In this document: piece after piece, positions 37,977-47,828 of the stretch
Position numbering within the stretch: position 1 is the first letter of the stretch
Layout of the letters: every line of letters starts with the position of its first letter
NCBI GenBank assembly: GCA_050949565.1
Contig: JBMNFY010000017.1
Span: forward strand, 1,088,001 to 1,152,000
DNA length: 64,000 nt
Reading direction: 5' to 3'
DNA from: Kiritimatiellia bacterium
GTDB lineage: Bacteria; Verrucomicrobiota; Kiritimatiellia; RFP12; UBA1067
Notes under the pieces: generated by a model
Told to the model about the DNA's origin: nothing
Databases searched by the model: none
The model's input: the letters and a program-made list of their open reading frames with translations, nothing else
Program-made: the position numbers and the translations under genes

Positions 37977-39152
37977 ATGATGAATGAAACAACCGTGTTG
38001 CGTGACTTGCGGATGAGCCGAGGCTGGTCCCTGCAAGACCTCGCCGAGAAGTTGGACGGTGCTGTCAGTCGGCAGTCGCTGCACAAGTACGAGAATGGTG
38101 ACGCGACGCCTTCGCCTTCGATTTTGACTAAACTTGCTCGTGTTTTTGGTGTGACCCCGCTTGAGTTGGTCACCGGGCCAGACTGTTTGGTTGAGATCAA
38201 GGCGTTTAGAAAGCGAGCCGGTTTGCGGGTCAAAACCGAAAAGTCGCTTCGCGATCAGTTTGTTGAAGAGGCGCAAAAGCGTTTCGCTGTACAGTTCAAG
38301 TGCGCAGGACAACTCCGAGTGAAAAAGGAACTTCAAGGAGTCTGTTCAGGAGAAGAGCCGGAGTGCGCCGCAAAAAAATTACGGCAACATTGGTCGCTTG
38401 GCGAAGCGGCCATCGCAAGCCTCACGATCACCATGGAAGATCATCAGATTCATGTGATCCCGCTCGATGCCGATGAGAAGTTTGACGGCGTTTGCGCAGT
38501 CGCCAAAGGCGCATCAGGTGCCCTGTGTGGTTACGCGGTTGGTGTTCGGAAAATGGAGTCTGGCGGACGTCAACGCCTGACGCTGGCGCATGAGCTTGGA
38601 CACCTCGTCCTTGACACAGAGGACGAAGATAAGGCGTTTCGCTTTGCCGGCGCACTATTGGCTCCGAAAGAAGTGATGTTTCGGAAACTCGGAGAGAAAC
38701 GAAACCGGATTAAAAGGGCGGAGTTGGACGCACTGAGTGAAGAATTTGGTATGAGTCCTGAGGCAATCATCCGTCGCGCATACGATTTGGAGATCATTAC
38801 CAAGGACTCTTACGCATTTTGGTCGAGACTTCTCCGCAAGAACGGAGTGAAAAAGGCAGACAACATCCCCAAGGAAGATAGTACATGGCTACATCGACAG
38901 GTCATGAAGGGCTATGCTGAGCGAATCATCACCGAAGAGCAGGCTCGCGACTGGCTAGGTGATGAACAGTTTAATCGGCTGATCGGACAGGACATGCACA
39001 CGACGCAATGGGATCTTCGCAAAAAGACCAAAGCTGAGCGTGCAGAACTTTTGAGCCAAGCGGCAGCGGCAGCGGAATCGTACTACAACAGTGACCGGTT
39101 CGACTGCGTCGCGGAGGCAGGGGAGGTACACGATGATGGCGGACTTGCCTGA
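37977..39152 (+). CDS. XRE HTH + ImmA/IrrE-family metallopeptidase fusion
   Basis: LRMSRGWSLQDLA..SRQSLHKYENG; FRK; RQRLTLAHELGH; FAGALLAP. Confidence 0.9.
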   Translation: MMNETTVLRDLRMSRGWSLQDLAEKLDGAVSRQSLHKYENGDATPSPSILTKLARVFGVTPLELVTGPDCLVEIKAFRKRAGLRVKTEKSLRDQFVEEAQKRFAVQFKCAGQLRVKKELQGVCSGEEPECAAKKLRQHWSLGEAAIASLTITMEDHQIHVIPLDADEKFDGVCAVAKGASGALCGYAVGVRKMESGGRQRLTLAHELGHLVLDTEDEDKAFRFAGALLAPKEVMFRKLGEKRNRIKRAELDALSEEFGMSPEAIIRRAYDLEIITKDSYAFWSRLLRKNGVKKADNIPKEDSTWLHRQVMKGYAERIITEEQARDWLGDEQFNRLIGQDMHTTQWDLRKKTKAERAELLSQAAAAAESYYNSDRFDCVAEAGEVHDDGGLA

Positions 39153-39486
39153 GCGTGGAGAGATTTGGCTGGTCAGATTTGACCCGTCGGTCGGCGATGA
39201 GATCAGAAAAGAGCGTCCTGCTGTTGTGTTGTCGTCGACACGGCTTATTCGTCTCAAGCTGAGAATCGTTGTTCCGCTCACGGGCTGGTCTCCGGCGTTC
39301 GATCAATTCCCGTGGCACTACAAGGTGGAAGCCAATAAACAGACGGGGCTTTCAAAAACATCATCTGCAGATGCGCTTCAAATCAAGTCGGTTTCCGTCA
39401 TGCGGTTCGTCAAAAAACTCGGTTCGATTTCTGAAAGCGATCTCGATGAAATTACCCAAGCCGTAGCGATGTTGATTGATGGTTAG
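39133..39486 (+). CDS. PemK/MazF-family toxin
   Basis: RGEIWLVRFDPSVGDEIRKERPAVVLS, VVPLT, QIKSVS..RF; RBS GGGAGG; overlaps the upstream gene by 20 nt. Confidence 0.92.
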   Translation: MMADLPERGEIWLVRFDPSVGDEIRKERPAVVLSSTRLIRLKLRIVVPLTGWSPAFDQFPWHYKVEANKQTGLSKTSSADALQIKSVSVMRFVKKLGSISESDLDEITQAVAMLIDG

Positions 39487-39528
39487 AGTGTGTGCCGAGT
39501 AGAAGACTGTTCAAAGGAGCCTGTTGTC

Positions 39529-41301
39529 ATGAAGAGATTCGTCTTGTCAGCGGTTATCGCGGCTGCGTGCGTGGTCAGCGCGGCGGATTATCCGCTTATC
39601 GTGTTCCGGCTTACCGGCAGTCCCGTCCACAACCCGGAGTTCTTTAAGGCCTCTTGTGAGGTGCACGCCAAGTATAAGGGCGCCTTTGACGAGTTCTGGT
39701 ATGGGGGCGGACAGCCGCTGTGCAAAATCGAGGTGTGCCGTGAAGACCTGAAGAAGATGGCCGTGATGAGACCTTGGATCGAGAAGGCGGGGATGCAGCT
39801 TTCGTTCCAGCAGGGACTCACCACCGGCCATGACTATGTGTACGTGGGCGTGCCCGGAACACAGGCTGCCGCCGGTGTCTATGCCCGTGAAGAGGCGGAG
39901 CCGTTCCCGGATGATGCTTGGATGGTACGGAAGAATGGTGAGAAGACGACAGAGCGCTGCCTCTGTCCGCGTTCGCCCGCTGTGCTCGATTACGCATACC
40001 GCTTCGTCAAGGCTACGCTGGAAGAGTTGCGGCCCGTCACATATTGGCTGGATGACGACCTGAGGCTCGGCGTCGGCAAGGTGGGCTGTTTTTGTCCGCG
40101 CTGTCTCGCGGCATTCAATCAGAAGGCGGGTACAACGCTCACGCGCGACGAACTTGTGAAGCGGCTTTTCGAAGGCGCGGAGTTTGATCCGATCCGATTA
40201 GAATGGATCACGTTCAACGAGGAGTCGCTCGCGCTGTACGGAAAGGCAGCGCGGAAGGCGGCGGACGAGGTGATGCCGAAGTGTCGGCTCGCCTTGCAGA
40301 CGGTGAGCGCGGATTGTACCCTGAACGGGCGTGACTACGGTCCGATTCTGCGCGAACTCTCCGCGAACGGGCGCGTGCCGTCGGGTGTACGACCGGGGCA
40401 CGGTTGCTATCGCGAAGACCAGCCGTTTGATTTCCTTAAGAAAGCGCTGTGGTGTACCCGTGAAGCTGAACGCAGTCGGCGTCTCGGTCGTCTTTGCGGA
40501 ACGGTCTGCTACGAAGAAGAGACCTATCCGCGGCGGGTGATGCACAAATCGCCGAATGCGATCGTCACCGAAGCGGCACTCGCGATCGCCAGCGGATGCG
40601 ACACGGTGTCGTTCTATTGGGCGGACGGCGAGAGGCCGGAACGGATCGAGGATTACGAACGCTTCGTGAGGGCGATTGCCCGCGCGCGCGGTTACTTCGA
40701 GCGGCTTTCGGCATCGACCCTGCGGACCTCGCTCGGTGGTGTCGCGCGCTGCCTCGGATCGAAGGCGTTTGAGCAGAGCGGCTTTTCGCTGAGCGATGAT
40801 GCCGACTTGGCGTTGGCACGGTGCGGCATTCCGGTGACGGTGGCCGAGGCGACAACGAAACACAAGGTCTGGTACACGACCGACCGGTCGCGCAAAGCGA
40901 TGACAGAAGCAGACTTCGCAAAGGTCAAGGCGGAGGGGTTTGTTGAGTTGATCCCCGAGACGCACCCGCTCGTTTCAACACGGCAGCGGTGGCTTGATGA
41001 GATCGACCGAGTAAGCGGCGGGCGCTTCCCGGTGCGTATCGACTTGCCCCATGCCATGCGTGTCCTGCCGCGCATTGATGCAGAAGGCAAAACCGACTCC
41101 GTGACGTTACTCAACCTCTCCATCGGCGATACAGACGCGTTCACGGTAAAGATCCGCAACCCGCGCGGGCTCAAGCCGGTGCTGGCTTCTCCGCAACACC
41201 CGGACGTACCTCTTGAGAGCGTCCACGACGCATCGCGTGACGAGCTTCAGGTGACCCTCCCCGGTATCGCCGGGTGGCAGATCTGCACAATCTTTCTTTG
41301 A
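39529..41301 (+). CDS. Secreted hypothetical protein, possible glycoside hydrolase TIM barrel
   Basis: Signal peptide; CLCP.SP, WLDDDLR, GCFCPRC, RPGHG. Confidence 0.5.
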   Translation: MKRFVLSAVIAAACVVSAADYPLIVFRLTGSPVHNPEFFKASCEVHAKYKGAFDEFWYGGGQPLCKIEVCREDLKKMAVMRPWIEKAGMQLSFQQGLTTGHDYVYVGVPGTQAAAGVYAREEAEPFPDDAWMVRKNGEKTTERCLCPRSPAVLDYAYRFVKATLEELRPVTYWLDDDLRLGVGKVGCFCPRCLAAFNQKAGTTLTRDELVKRLFEGAEFDPIRLEWITFNEESLALYGKAARKAADEVMPKCRLALQTVSADCTLNGRDYGPILRELSANGRVPSGVRPGHGCYREDQPFDFLKKALWCTREAERSRRLGRLCGTVCYEEETYPRRVMHKSPNAIVTEAALAIASGCDTVSFYWADGERPERIEDYERFVRAIARARGYFERLSASTLRTSLGGVARCLGSKAFEQSGFSLSDDADLALARCGIPVTVAEATTKHKVWYTTDRSRKAMTEADFAKVKAEGFVELIPETHPLVSTRQRWLDEIDRVSGGRFPVRIDLPHAMRVLPRIDAEGKTDSVTLLNLSIGDTDAFTVKIRNPRGLKPVLASPQHPDVPLESVHDASRDELQVTLPGIAGWQICTIFL

Positions 41302-41328
41302 GTCTTCCGCGCGTTGCGCGGAAGACTC
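41300..41328. terminator. Hairpin terminator between convergent genes
   Basis: Perfect 13-bp stem gagtcttccgcgc-gtt-gcgcggaagactc. Confidence 0.75.
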
Positions 41329-41332
41329 TTTG

Positions 41333-44300
41333 CTACTCGCTCCAGTACTTCTGGCGGCGGGGTTCGGCGATGTTCGGGATAAAGCCGGTCAGCGGCACAG
41401 GCGGCTGACGTAGCTTTTCCCGGATTTCATTCAACTCCAGCCATGCGAATGCAGCGCGCTTGTTGCAGGCGTATTCGTAACGCTGCCGGTACCAGTCGTT
41501 CCAGTCGTGACGCTCCACGTACGAGCCGCAGAACGGCACGGCAAGGTCGATCCAGCAGGCGAGTGTGCGCAGTTCAGCGTCCGTCAGCCGCACCTTGCCG
41601 TGTCCCTTCGCGAGCATCTGCCACACAGAACTCCTCGCTGCGCCGAATGAGTAAGGCGGCTTGAAGGGCGCGAACCCAAGGCCATGCGCGAAGTTGATCT
41701 TTTCGTTGCACTGGCCTTTGTACGTGAGCGCCAGATAGGCGGTTGAGTATTTGCGTTTCGACTGGTCATCCGAAGGCGGCAACTGACCGCGCGTGCCGCG
41801 CAGGTCCATCTCCGACGGAGCCTTGTCGCCGGAACCATCATGACAGGCAATGCACTTCGCATCGAGGATCGGCTGGATCAGGCGTGTGAAACTGAAGCCG
41901 TCGTTCTGCTCCGTATCCACCACCGCCTTGGTCCGGTTGAGCCCCATCCAGTTGTCCAGACTCGCCAGCGGACCCTCCTTCTCCAGTGCCGTGAGGAATG
42001 GGTGCGCGTCACCGCCGGGCAGGACAGGCTTCAGTGTCTGCGGCGCGCGCCGCAGAGCGATCGCCTGCGCGGAGTCGACGCCCGCCTGATGCGGATGTTC
42101 GTGGCAGCCGACGCAACCGTTGATCTCGCCGGGTTGCAGCGTGGACCAGCTCCGCATCGTCTGGATGCCGCAGCCGTCCTCATCGATGAGCTGGAAGTAG
42201 AGCGGCGTGCGCGCTGGAGCCCTAAAGCTGCAACTGCCATCGGCCTCCACGTCCGCCTCGCCGAGGACGTGTTTCACGTCGTACGCGCCGTTGCCTACGG
42301 CGATGGGTGTGCCGATCTTGCCCTGCGTGGAGTGCCAGCCGTACTGCCAGTTCCAGCCGATGTGGACGGGACGGTATTCGAGGCCGATCACGCGTACTTT
42401 CTTGACGCAGCCTGTTGGCGCGCCCGCCATGGCCGCGCCCTCGTAAACGTTCTGCACATAGTAGGTGCCGAAACCCTGCGAATAATCGATGTCCGCCAAG
42501 CGCCGCGCTGGCGGCACACGCTTTTTGACGGGGATCGGCTGCATGCAATGCTGGCCCCAGTCGAAGGCGAGCAATTCGCGGCGGCCTGTCTCGTCCATCG
42601 CGTAGACGCCAAAGCGCGAGGAGTACGGCCCCCGGTAGTAGCGGCATCCCTCCGGCATGAATGAGACGAGAAAGCGTCCGCCGCCGAGCGGGAACGGATA
42701 CGCCCACTGCGGACCGAACTGCGTGTGTACGTCAAACACGTTGTAGTGGTAGTCGCGCGGCATTCTGACAGGCTGCACGCCGGGGCTGGCATCCATTGCC
42801 GCGCCGGCCACGTAGTACATGCCCGGCATGTTGGGAACGGCGGGTCCGCTGGGATTGTCCCACTGCGACCACGGAATGATCATCTTGCGGTTGCCGGGAA
42901 AGTACATCACGACAGGGTTCGTGTTCATGCCCCACACGCACTTCGCGGGGTCGTAGGTGGAGTTCGCGTAGTCATCGGCTTCGGCGAGGAGTGCCTTTGC
43001 CAGACGGCCTTTCTGCGCCACATGGTGTCCGCAGGAGAGCATCATGATGTCGCGCGTGCCGGGGATGCCGCGCGTGTGCATGAGCGAGAAGGGAAACTCG
43101 CTGTTGTTCGCGAAGAGGCCGGTCTGCCGCGTGCCGTCCGGGTTCATCGCGAAGAGCTGCTGCAAGCCGGACGCACTGCGGTCGTTGTACTCCCAGCGCG
43201 TGTAGCATACGCGGCCGTCTTCCAGCAACTGCGGATAGAAGGTCTGCACTTGGTCAAATCCCAGACGGCGGATGTTCTTGCCGTCCGCATCGCAGCGGAA
43301 AAGGTTAGAGACCGGTAGCGGCCAACAGTCTACCGAGTGGCCGCAGCGCGTGGACTGGAAGACGATCGAGCCGTCCGGCAACCAGCACGGTTCAATGTCG
43401 CTGCATGGCATATCGAAGTCGGCGGTTTGCCCCTTCACGGCTTCCTTTTTGAGCAGGCCGTTGAACGTGAGTTGCTTCAGTTCGCGCGTCTCCAGATTCA
43501 GCGTCCAGAGGTGGTAGTCGTCTTTTTCGAGGCTGCGCCGCTTCGCGAACACCAGCATCTTTGCGTCAAATGAAAGGTCCGGGTCGCGGATGATGCCGTC
43601 GGGCTCTTCCAGCAGCACCTCCTGTGAAACGGAGCCGTCCTCCGCGAGCGTGGCCAGAATCAGTTGCGAGGTGCCGAAACGGTAGTCGGGCACGCTGCGC
43701 CACTCTTGGTACGACGCATCCGACAAGTCATCCGTCGCGTGCATGATGGAGTTGCCCATCACGATGTGTTTGACGTAGACGAACTGCGTGAATTCCTTGC
43801 GGAACGCCGCGAGAAACGCCTTCCGCTCTGCCGCGCGCGCGTCGCGCCATGCCGGGTCGCGGCCGTTGTCGGTCGTGCGCATGACGGTCGAGATGTCTTC
43901 GCCCAGCGGATCAGGCCGGGTGGTGTCAGGCTCCACGTTGGCGCAATGCGAGATGTTGGAGACAGCGCAACTCTGGTACATCCAGTCACGGATGAGCCGG
44001 GCGGCGGGATAAGCCATCTTCTCATCTTGATTCGGCAACGGCAGGTCTGTCGGCTGATCCGCACCGAAGAAAGCGATTTCGGCGATTTGCACGGTGGGCG
44101 ATTTTCCCGAGAACAAGGGGTACGGGGGCGTATCGAAAAGTTTCGGCAGCATCGGCGTTGCCGCCTGCGTATATCCCGAGTAGTAGTTCGGCTTGAAGTC
44201 GTAAGTGTCCTCGATCACCATCCTGACCTTGCGGCATGTCACGGGTTTCCAAGTGGTGACATTCTCCTTGTAGGTGTGCGACGGACGGAACGCCACATGC

Positions 44301-46345
44301 TCAGCCAGCGGCGTGATCTGAGCACCCGCACCCTCGAAACGCGGCACAGCATAGAATGAAGCGGTCTTCACGCCGCAGTTGACCCACGAACGGCCGGACA
44401 TGATACGGACGCCGCCGATGTCGCGCTCCGCACCAAAATCAAAATCCACGGTAATCGGCTTTTTCTGCCAACGCCACGCGCAGGTGGGGTTGATGACGCC
44501 ATCGGTCAAACGTTCGACACCCTGCCCGGGCAGTGTCTCGCCGTCCGACACAGGCATGGCGGTTTTGACCGGCAACGTTCCCGGCGGCACGAGTTCCGTC
44601 CAATCGTACTCTTGTAGCGCACCCCACACGCCGACCGCATAGGAGTCTGCACGCGGATCGGGGTTCATCAGCATGTCGGTCCACGAGGGCGGCGCGTCGT
44701 CAAGACGGATGGATGAGAAGATCTGCGGCTCGGCCGCGAACGCATGCGCGGCGGCAATGCAGTCGGCACCCTTTGCGGTGAGCGGCACAGGCTTCCCGCC
44801 GTTCGCCTTCACGTCAGCCGCGGCTTTCCTGAGCAGCGCCTCGGCCTTCACGCCCACGCGCGAACGTCCGAGCGTCGCGAGAATCGCGGTATGGTTTTCA
44901 GCGAGCGTCCCTTCGAGCCCCTTCAGATACCACCATTTAAAATTGTGGTCGAACGCCGTTTCGTCTGTCGGCGGCAGTTCGGCGAGCGGCCGGATGCCCG
45001 CCCGCCGCCGGACGATGGCGCGCAGGTCGCGCTTGCCCGACGCACGGGCTTTAGCCAGCCGGTCCGCCTCTTCGGCGACGAGCGTGTAGATCGATTTGAA
45101 TCCCGGCAGGTCGCGTACCTGACCGCCTTTTGTCACCCATCCCTTCTCCATCGGGAACGGTAGATCCTCCGTGCCGTATTTGAAATCGCCGGGGATCTTG
45201 CGCAGTTCCGCTACGTCGAGGAACACCTTGCCGTCCTTCTTGCCACAGTACGGTGTCGTCTCGCCTTTCACATGGTAGCGGAGCCAGGCCAAAGCTGCTT
45301 GGCGTGAGGATTCGGCCCAGCCATGCGGGCCGTCGCAACTGTAGAGTGCCACGCTGTTGGACGCGCCGACACGCTTGTGGAGACCTTCGAGGACGCTGAA
45401 GGTTGAGCGCACGCCCGCGATCGGGAAGTAGTCTGCGTGGCGCGCACCGATCAGCAGGTCCACACGCGGCTGACCGAGCACAACAAGCGCGGCGTGGTTG
45501 AATCCATTCGCCAACTGTCCGTAGAAGAACTGCTCTGAATCGTGACAGCCCCGCTCGCGGATCACCTCACGTAGGGATGAGATGTAGCAGTTCGGGCAGG
45601 CCACCTTGATTCGTTCGTCGAACGCTTGGAGGTAAGCGCTCATCGTGCCGCCGCCAGAATTGCCCACCACCGCGAGCTTCGAAAGATCGAGTTCCTCGCG
45701 CGTCGCCATGTAGTCGATCGACCGCACTGCGTCCCAGAGGCGGAAGCGCGCAAAGTTCCAGCCCACCAGCCACGACCGCGCACCGATCGACGTGTGCTCC
45801 ACGGAGCAATTCTCTTGCGTGTCGTATTTCGCCGCGCATTGTCGCCGCTCACCCTGGCTGATCGGGTCTGGCGCGAACACGCCGAACCCCGCCTTCACCG
45901 CGAGAGTCGCCATACGGCGGTAGCCATCGCGCAGTTTGCCCTCGTTCGAGTGGCCGTGTACAACCAGCAGCCCCGGATACGGCGCTTTGAACTTTGGGTC
46001 GGTCGGCAGATACAGCAACCCTGTCACGTACACGCCCGGCTGTGACTGGAACACGACCTTCTCGATACGGTAGCCCTCGCACTGGATCACGCCCGTTGTG
46101 CGGTCTTCGAGCGGCGTTCGCTCCGGCAGGCCGCCGAGGCTCTCCAGCCACGTTGCACGCCACGTCCGCTGCTTCGCGGCCAGTTCCTCCGGCGTGCGGA
46201 TTGCCACCACGGCGGCGCCCGCCGCCTCGTCATAGGCGGCAACGCGGGCCATCAGCTCACTCTGCGCGGCGGACGCCGCGCAAGCGCACAACATCGCAAC
46301 TGAGACAAGAATAAACTTCATCGGACTTTTTGTTCGTGGCATCAT
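41333..46345 (-). CDS. Fusion: acetylxylan-esterase-like alpha/beta hydrolase + discoidin-like domain + HzsA-like beta-propeller with two CxxCH haem motifs
   Basis: GNSGGG nucleophile elbow; DFDFG..GGVRI; TRWEYND, VEADGS, MRSW..QPGE..GCVGCHE, IQPILDAKCIACH. Confidence 0.75.
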   Translation of the reverse strand: MMPRTKSPMKFILVSVAMLCACAASAAQSELMARVAAYDEAAGAAVVAIRTPEELAAKQRTWRATWLESLGGLPERTPLEDRTTGVIQCEGYRIEKVVFQSQPGVYVTGLLYLPTDPKFKAPYPGLLVVHGHSNEGKLRDGYRRMATLAVKAGFGVFAPDPISQGERRQCAAKYDTQENCSVEHTSIGARSWLVGWNFARFRLWDAVRSIDYMATREELDLSKLAVVGNSGGGTMSAYLQAFDERIKVACPNCYISSLREVIRERGCHDSEQFFYGQLANGFNHAALVVLGQPRVDLLIGARHADYFPIAGVRSTFSVLEGLHKRVGASNSVALYSCDGPHGWAESSRQAALAWLRYHVKGETTPYCGKKDGKVFLDVAELRKIPGDFKYGTEDLPFPMEKGWVTKGGQVRDLPGFKSIYTLVAEEADRLAKARASGKRDLRAIVRRRAGIRPLAELPPTDETAFDHNFKWWYLKGLEGTLAENHTAILATLGRSRVGVKAEALLRKAAADVKANGGKPVPLTAKGADCIAAAHAFAAEPQIFSSIRLDDAPPSWTDMLMNPDPRADSYAVGVWGALQEYDWTELVPPGTLPVKTAMPVSDGETLPGQGVERLTDGVINPTCAWRWQKKPITVDFDFGAERDIGGVRIMSGRSWVNCGVKTASFYAVPRFEGAGAQITPLAEHVAFRPSHTYKENVTTWKPVTCRKVRMVIEDTYDFKPNYYSGYTQAATPMLPKLFDTPPYPLFSGKSPTVQIAEIAFFGADQPTDLPLPNQDEKMAYPAARLIRDWMYQSCAVSNISHCANVEPDTTRPDPLGEDISTVMRTTDNGRDPAWRDARAAERKAFLAAFRKEFTQFVYVKHIVMGNSIMHATDDLSDASYQEWRSVPDYRFGTSQLILATLAEDGSVSQEVLLEEPDGIIRDPDLSFDAKMLVFAKRRSLEKDDYHLWTLNLETRELKQLTFNGLLKKEAVKGQTADFDMPCSDIEPCWLPDGSIVFQSTRCGHSVDCWPLPVSNLFRCDADGKNIRRLGFDQVQTFYPQLLEDGRVCYTRWEYNDRSASGLQQLFAMNPDGTRQTGLFANNSEFPFSLMHTRGIPGTRDIMMLSCGHHVAQKGRLAKALLAEADDYANSTYDPAKCVWGMNTNPVVMYFPGNRKMIIPWSQWDNPSGPAVPNMPGMYYVAGAAMDASPGVQPVRMPRDYHYNVFDVHTQFGPQWAYPFPLGGGRFLVSFMPEGCRYYRGPYSSRFGVYAMDETGRRELLAFDWGQHCMQPIPVKKRVPPARRLADIDYSQGFGTYYVQNVYEGAAMAGAPTGCVKKVRVIGLEYRPVHIGWNWQYGWHSTQGKIGTPIAVGNGAYDVKHVLGEADVEADGSCSFRAPARTPLYFQLIDEDGCGIQTMRSWSTLQPGEINGCVGCHEHPHQAGVDSAQAIALRRAPQTLKPVLPGGDAHPFLTALEKEGPLASLDNWMGLNRTKAVVDTEQNDGFSFTRLIQPILDAKCIACHDGSGDKAPSEMDLRGTRGQLPPSDDQSKRKYSTAYLALTYKGQCNEKINFAHGLGFAPFKPPYSFGAARSSVWQMLAKGHGKVRLTDAELRTLACWIDLAVPFCGSYVERHDWNDWYRQRYEYACNKRAAFAWLELNEIREKLRQPPVPLTGFIPNIAEPRRQKYWSE

Positions 46346-46417
46346 CTTTTCAAATCGCGGATGACGCCACAGTTTGCCATTCGCGCAATTCGTGGTTTAG
46401 AGATCAGCATTCCACCA

Positions 46418-47806
46418 CTATTCTCCCGGCGGGAACCATTCCGTATCCGCCTGATCCTCCGTCAGACAGAGGCGAAAACCCTCGTCATACACCTCACCAC
46501 CATCCGCAATCTGCGGGTAACGGTAAGCCGAGCGATAGACGCGCTGCATAATCGGCCCTGTATTGCCGAAGCGGTCCGTTGTTTCGCCACCGGCATCGTA
46601 GTGCGACCCGCGTGTGACGCGGTAGAGTGTCGCGTTGTCGTACGTAGGCGTGCAACCCACCGGATCGACGAGGATGCCGTCGGCGTCCACCGCCGGATCG
46701 TCGGCGTAGACGTGTACCGCCGATTCGTCTGAACTGTTTGCTTTCCGGCCGAGGGTCGTCGTCCAATTATGCACGCACCCCACCATGTCGTAGAGGCCCC
46801 AGCGGTTCGGTCGTTTCGTTCCCAGCACGATGTTCTTTGACGCACCGGGATTACTCAGCATCGTGTAGTTGGTGACGATCGTCGGCGCCCACCAGTAGGC
46901 GTTGGTCTCGCCCGCCCGGCAGGCGTATTCCCACTGATACTCTGTGGGAAAGTCGAAGTTAAGCCCTGTCTTCGCGCGCAGGAGGCCGATGTAGGAGTTC
47001 GGCGCGACGTTTGCCGTCACAGGGAAGCAGAAACCGGAGGACAGTCTGTCCGTCCCGCGGACCATCTCGTATGTCGTTCCTCTGACGGCGTAGTTCACCC
47101 TCCCTGCGTTGTGTGGTGTCGTAAACCCGAACGCCTCCCACTGGATCACCGACACGGGAAAAACGCCCAGCCAGAAGCCGTGCGTGAGCTTCACCTCGCG
47201 CTGTTTTTCGCGGGAGAAGTCATTCTCAGACTTCCAGAGTTCATCGTCCGGCGAGCCGATCACGAACGTGTTTGTGCCTGTGAGTTCCTTCCATGCCTGC
47301 GACACTGTCGACGGGATGTAGCGGAACGGCATGAATTCGCCCTTGTAAAAGAGGGCGTTCACGCGGTTCGAGAATGCCGCCGAATACCAATTCCGTTCGC
47401 CGGTGTTTAGGTTGATGGTGAAGTAGAGTTTCTCCTGCACGTTCGTCTGGGCGACGGCCAGATAGAAGCGCAGCTTGCCGAGCGTCGAACCAGAGTAGGA
47501 GATCCCCGCATTCCAGATGAAGCGGTTCCGGCCGTGCTTCGCGAGCGGCGCGTGCAGAGAGGTTTCTGCAATCGTCACGTTGTCGAGACCGTTTGACGCC
47601 ACGACATCCATCTCCACCCACTCGCCCTCGCGCCCCGCAGGCGCCGTGAGCGTGAAGTCCACATCCACATAGTCCTGCCACGGCTGACGCGACTTCACCG
47701 TCACTTCCGAGATTGTGAAACCGCCGTTGTTCTCCAACGCCGCCGTCGATGCCAGCGCCCAGCCCGTTATCGCCAGTAAAAGGATTTCTTTTTTCATGTT
47801 TCGCAC
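46418..47806 (-). CDS. FGE-sulfatase (SUMF1/C-type lectin fold) domain protein
   Basis: RQPW, FPTEYQWEYACRAG, PNRWGLYDM, RG..RSAYR..GFRL. Confidence 0.85.
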   Translation of the reverse strand: MRNMKKEILLLAITGWALASTAALENNGGFTISEVTVKSRQPWQDYVDVDFTLTAPAGREGEWVEMDVVASNGLDNVTIAETSLHAPLAKHGRNRFIWNAGISYSGSTLGKLRFYLAVAQTNVQEKLYFTINLNTGERNWYSAAFSNRVNALFYKGEFMPFRYIPSTVSQAWKELTGTNTFVIGSPDDELWKSENDFSREKQREVKLTHGFWLGVFPVSVIQWEAFGFTTPHNAGRVNYAVRGTTYEMVRGTDRLSSGFCFPVTANVAPNSYIGLLRAKTGLNFDFPTEYQWEYACRAGETNAYWWAPTIVTNYTMLSNPGASKNIVLGTKRPNRWGLYDMVGCVHNWTTTLGRKANSSDESAVHVYADDPAVDADGILVDPVGCTPTYDNATLYRVTRGSHYDAGGETTDRFGNTGPIMQRVYRSAYRYPQIADGGEVYDEGFRLCLTEDQADTEWFPPGE

Positions 47807-47828
47807 TCCTCGCTAGAAATCAGGTGTT

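Noticed and set aside
41333-44000. Hydrazine synthase / anammox capability
   Set aside because: Only an HzsA-like domain in a fusion; no hzsB/hzsC or other anammox genes in the window.
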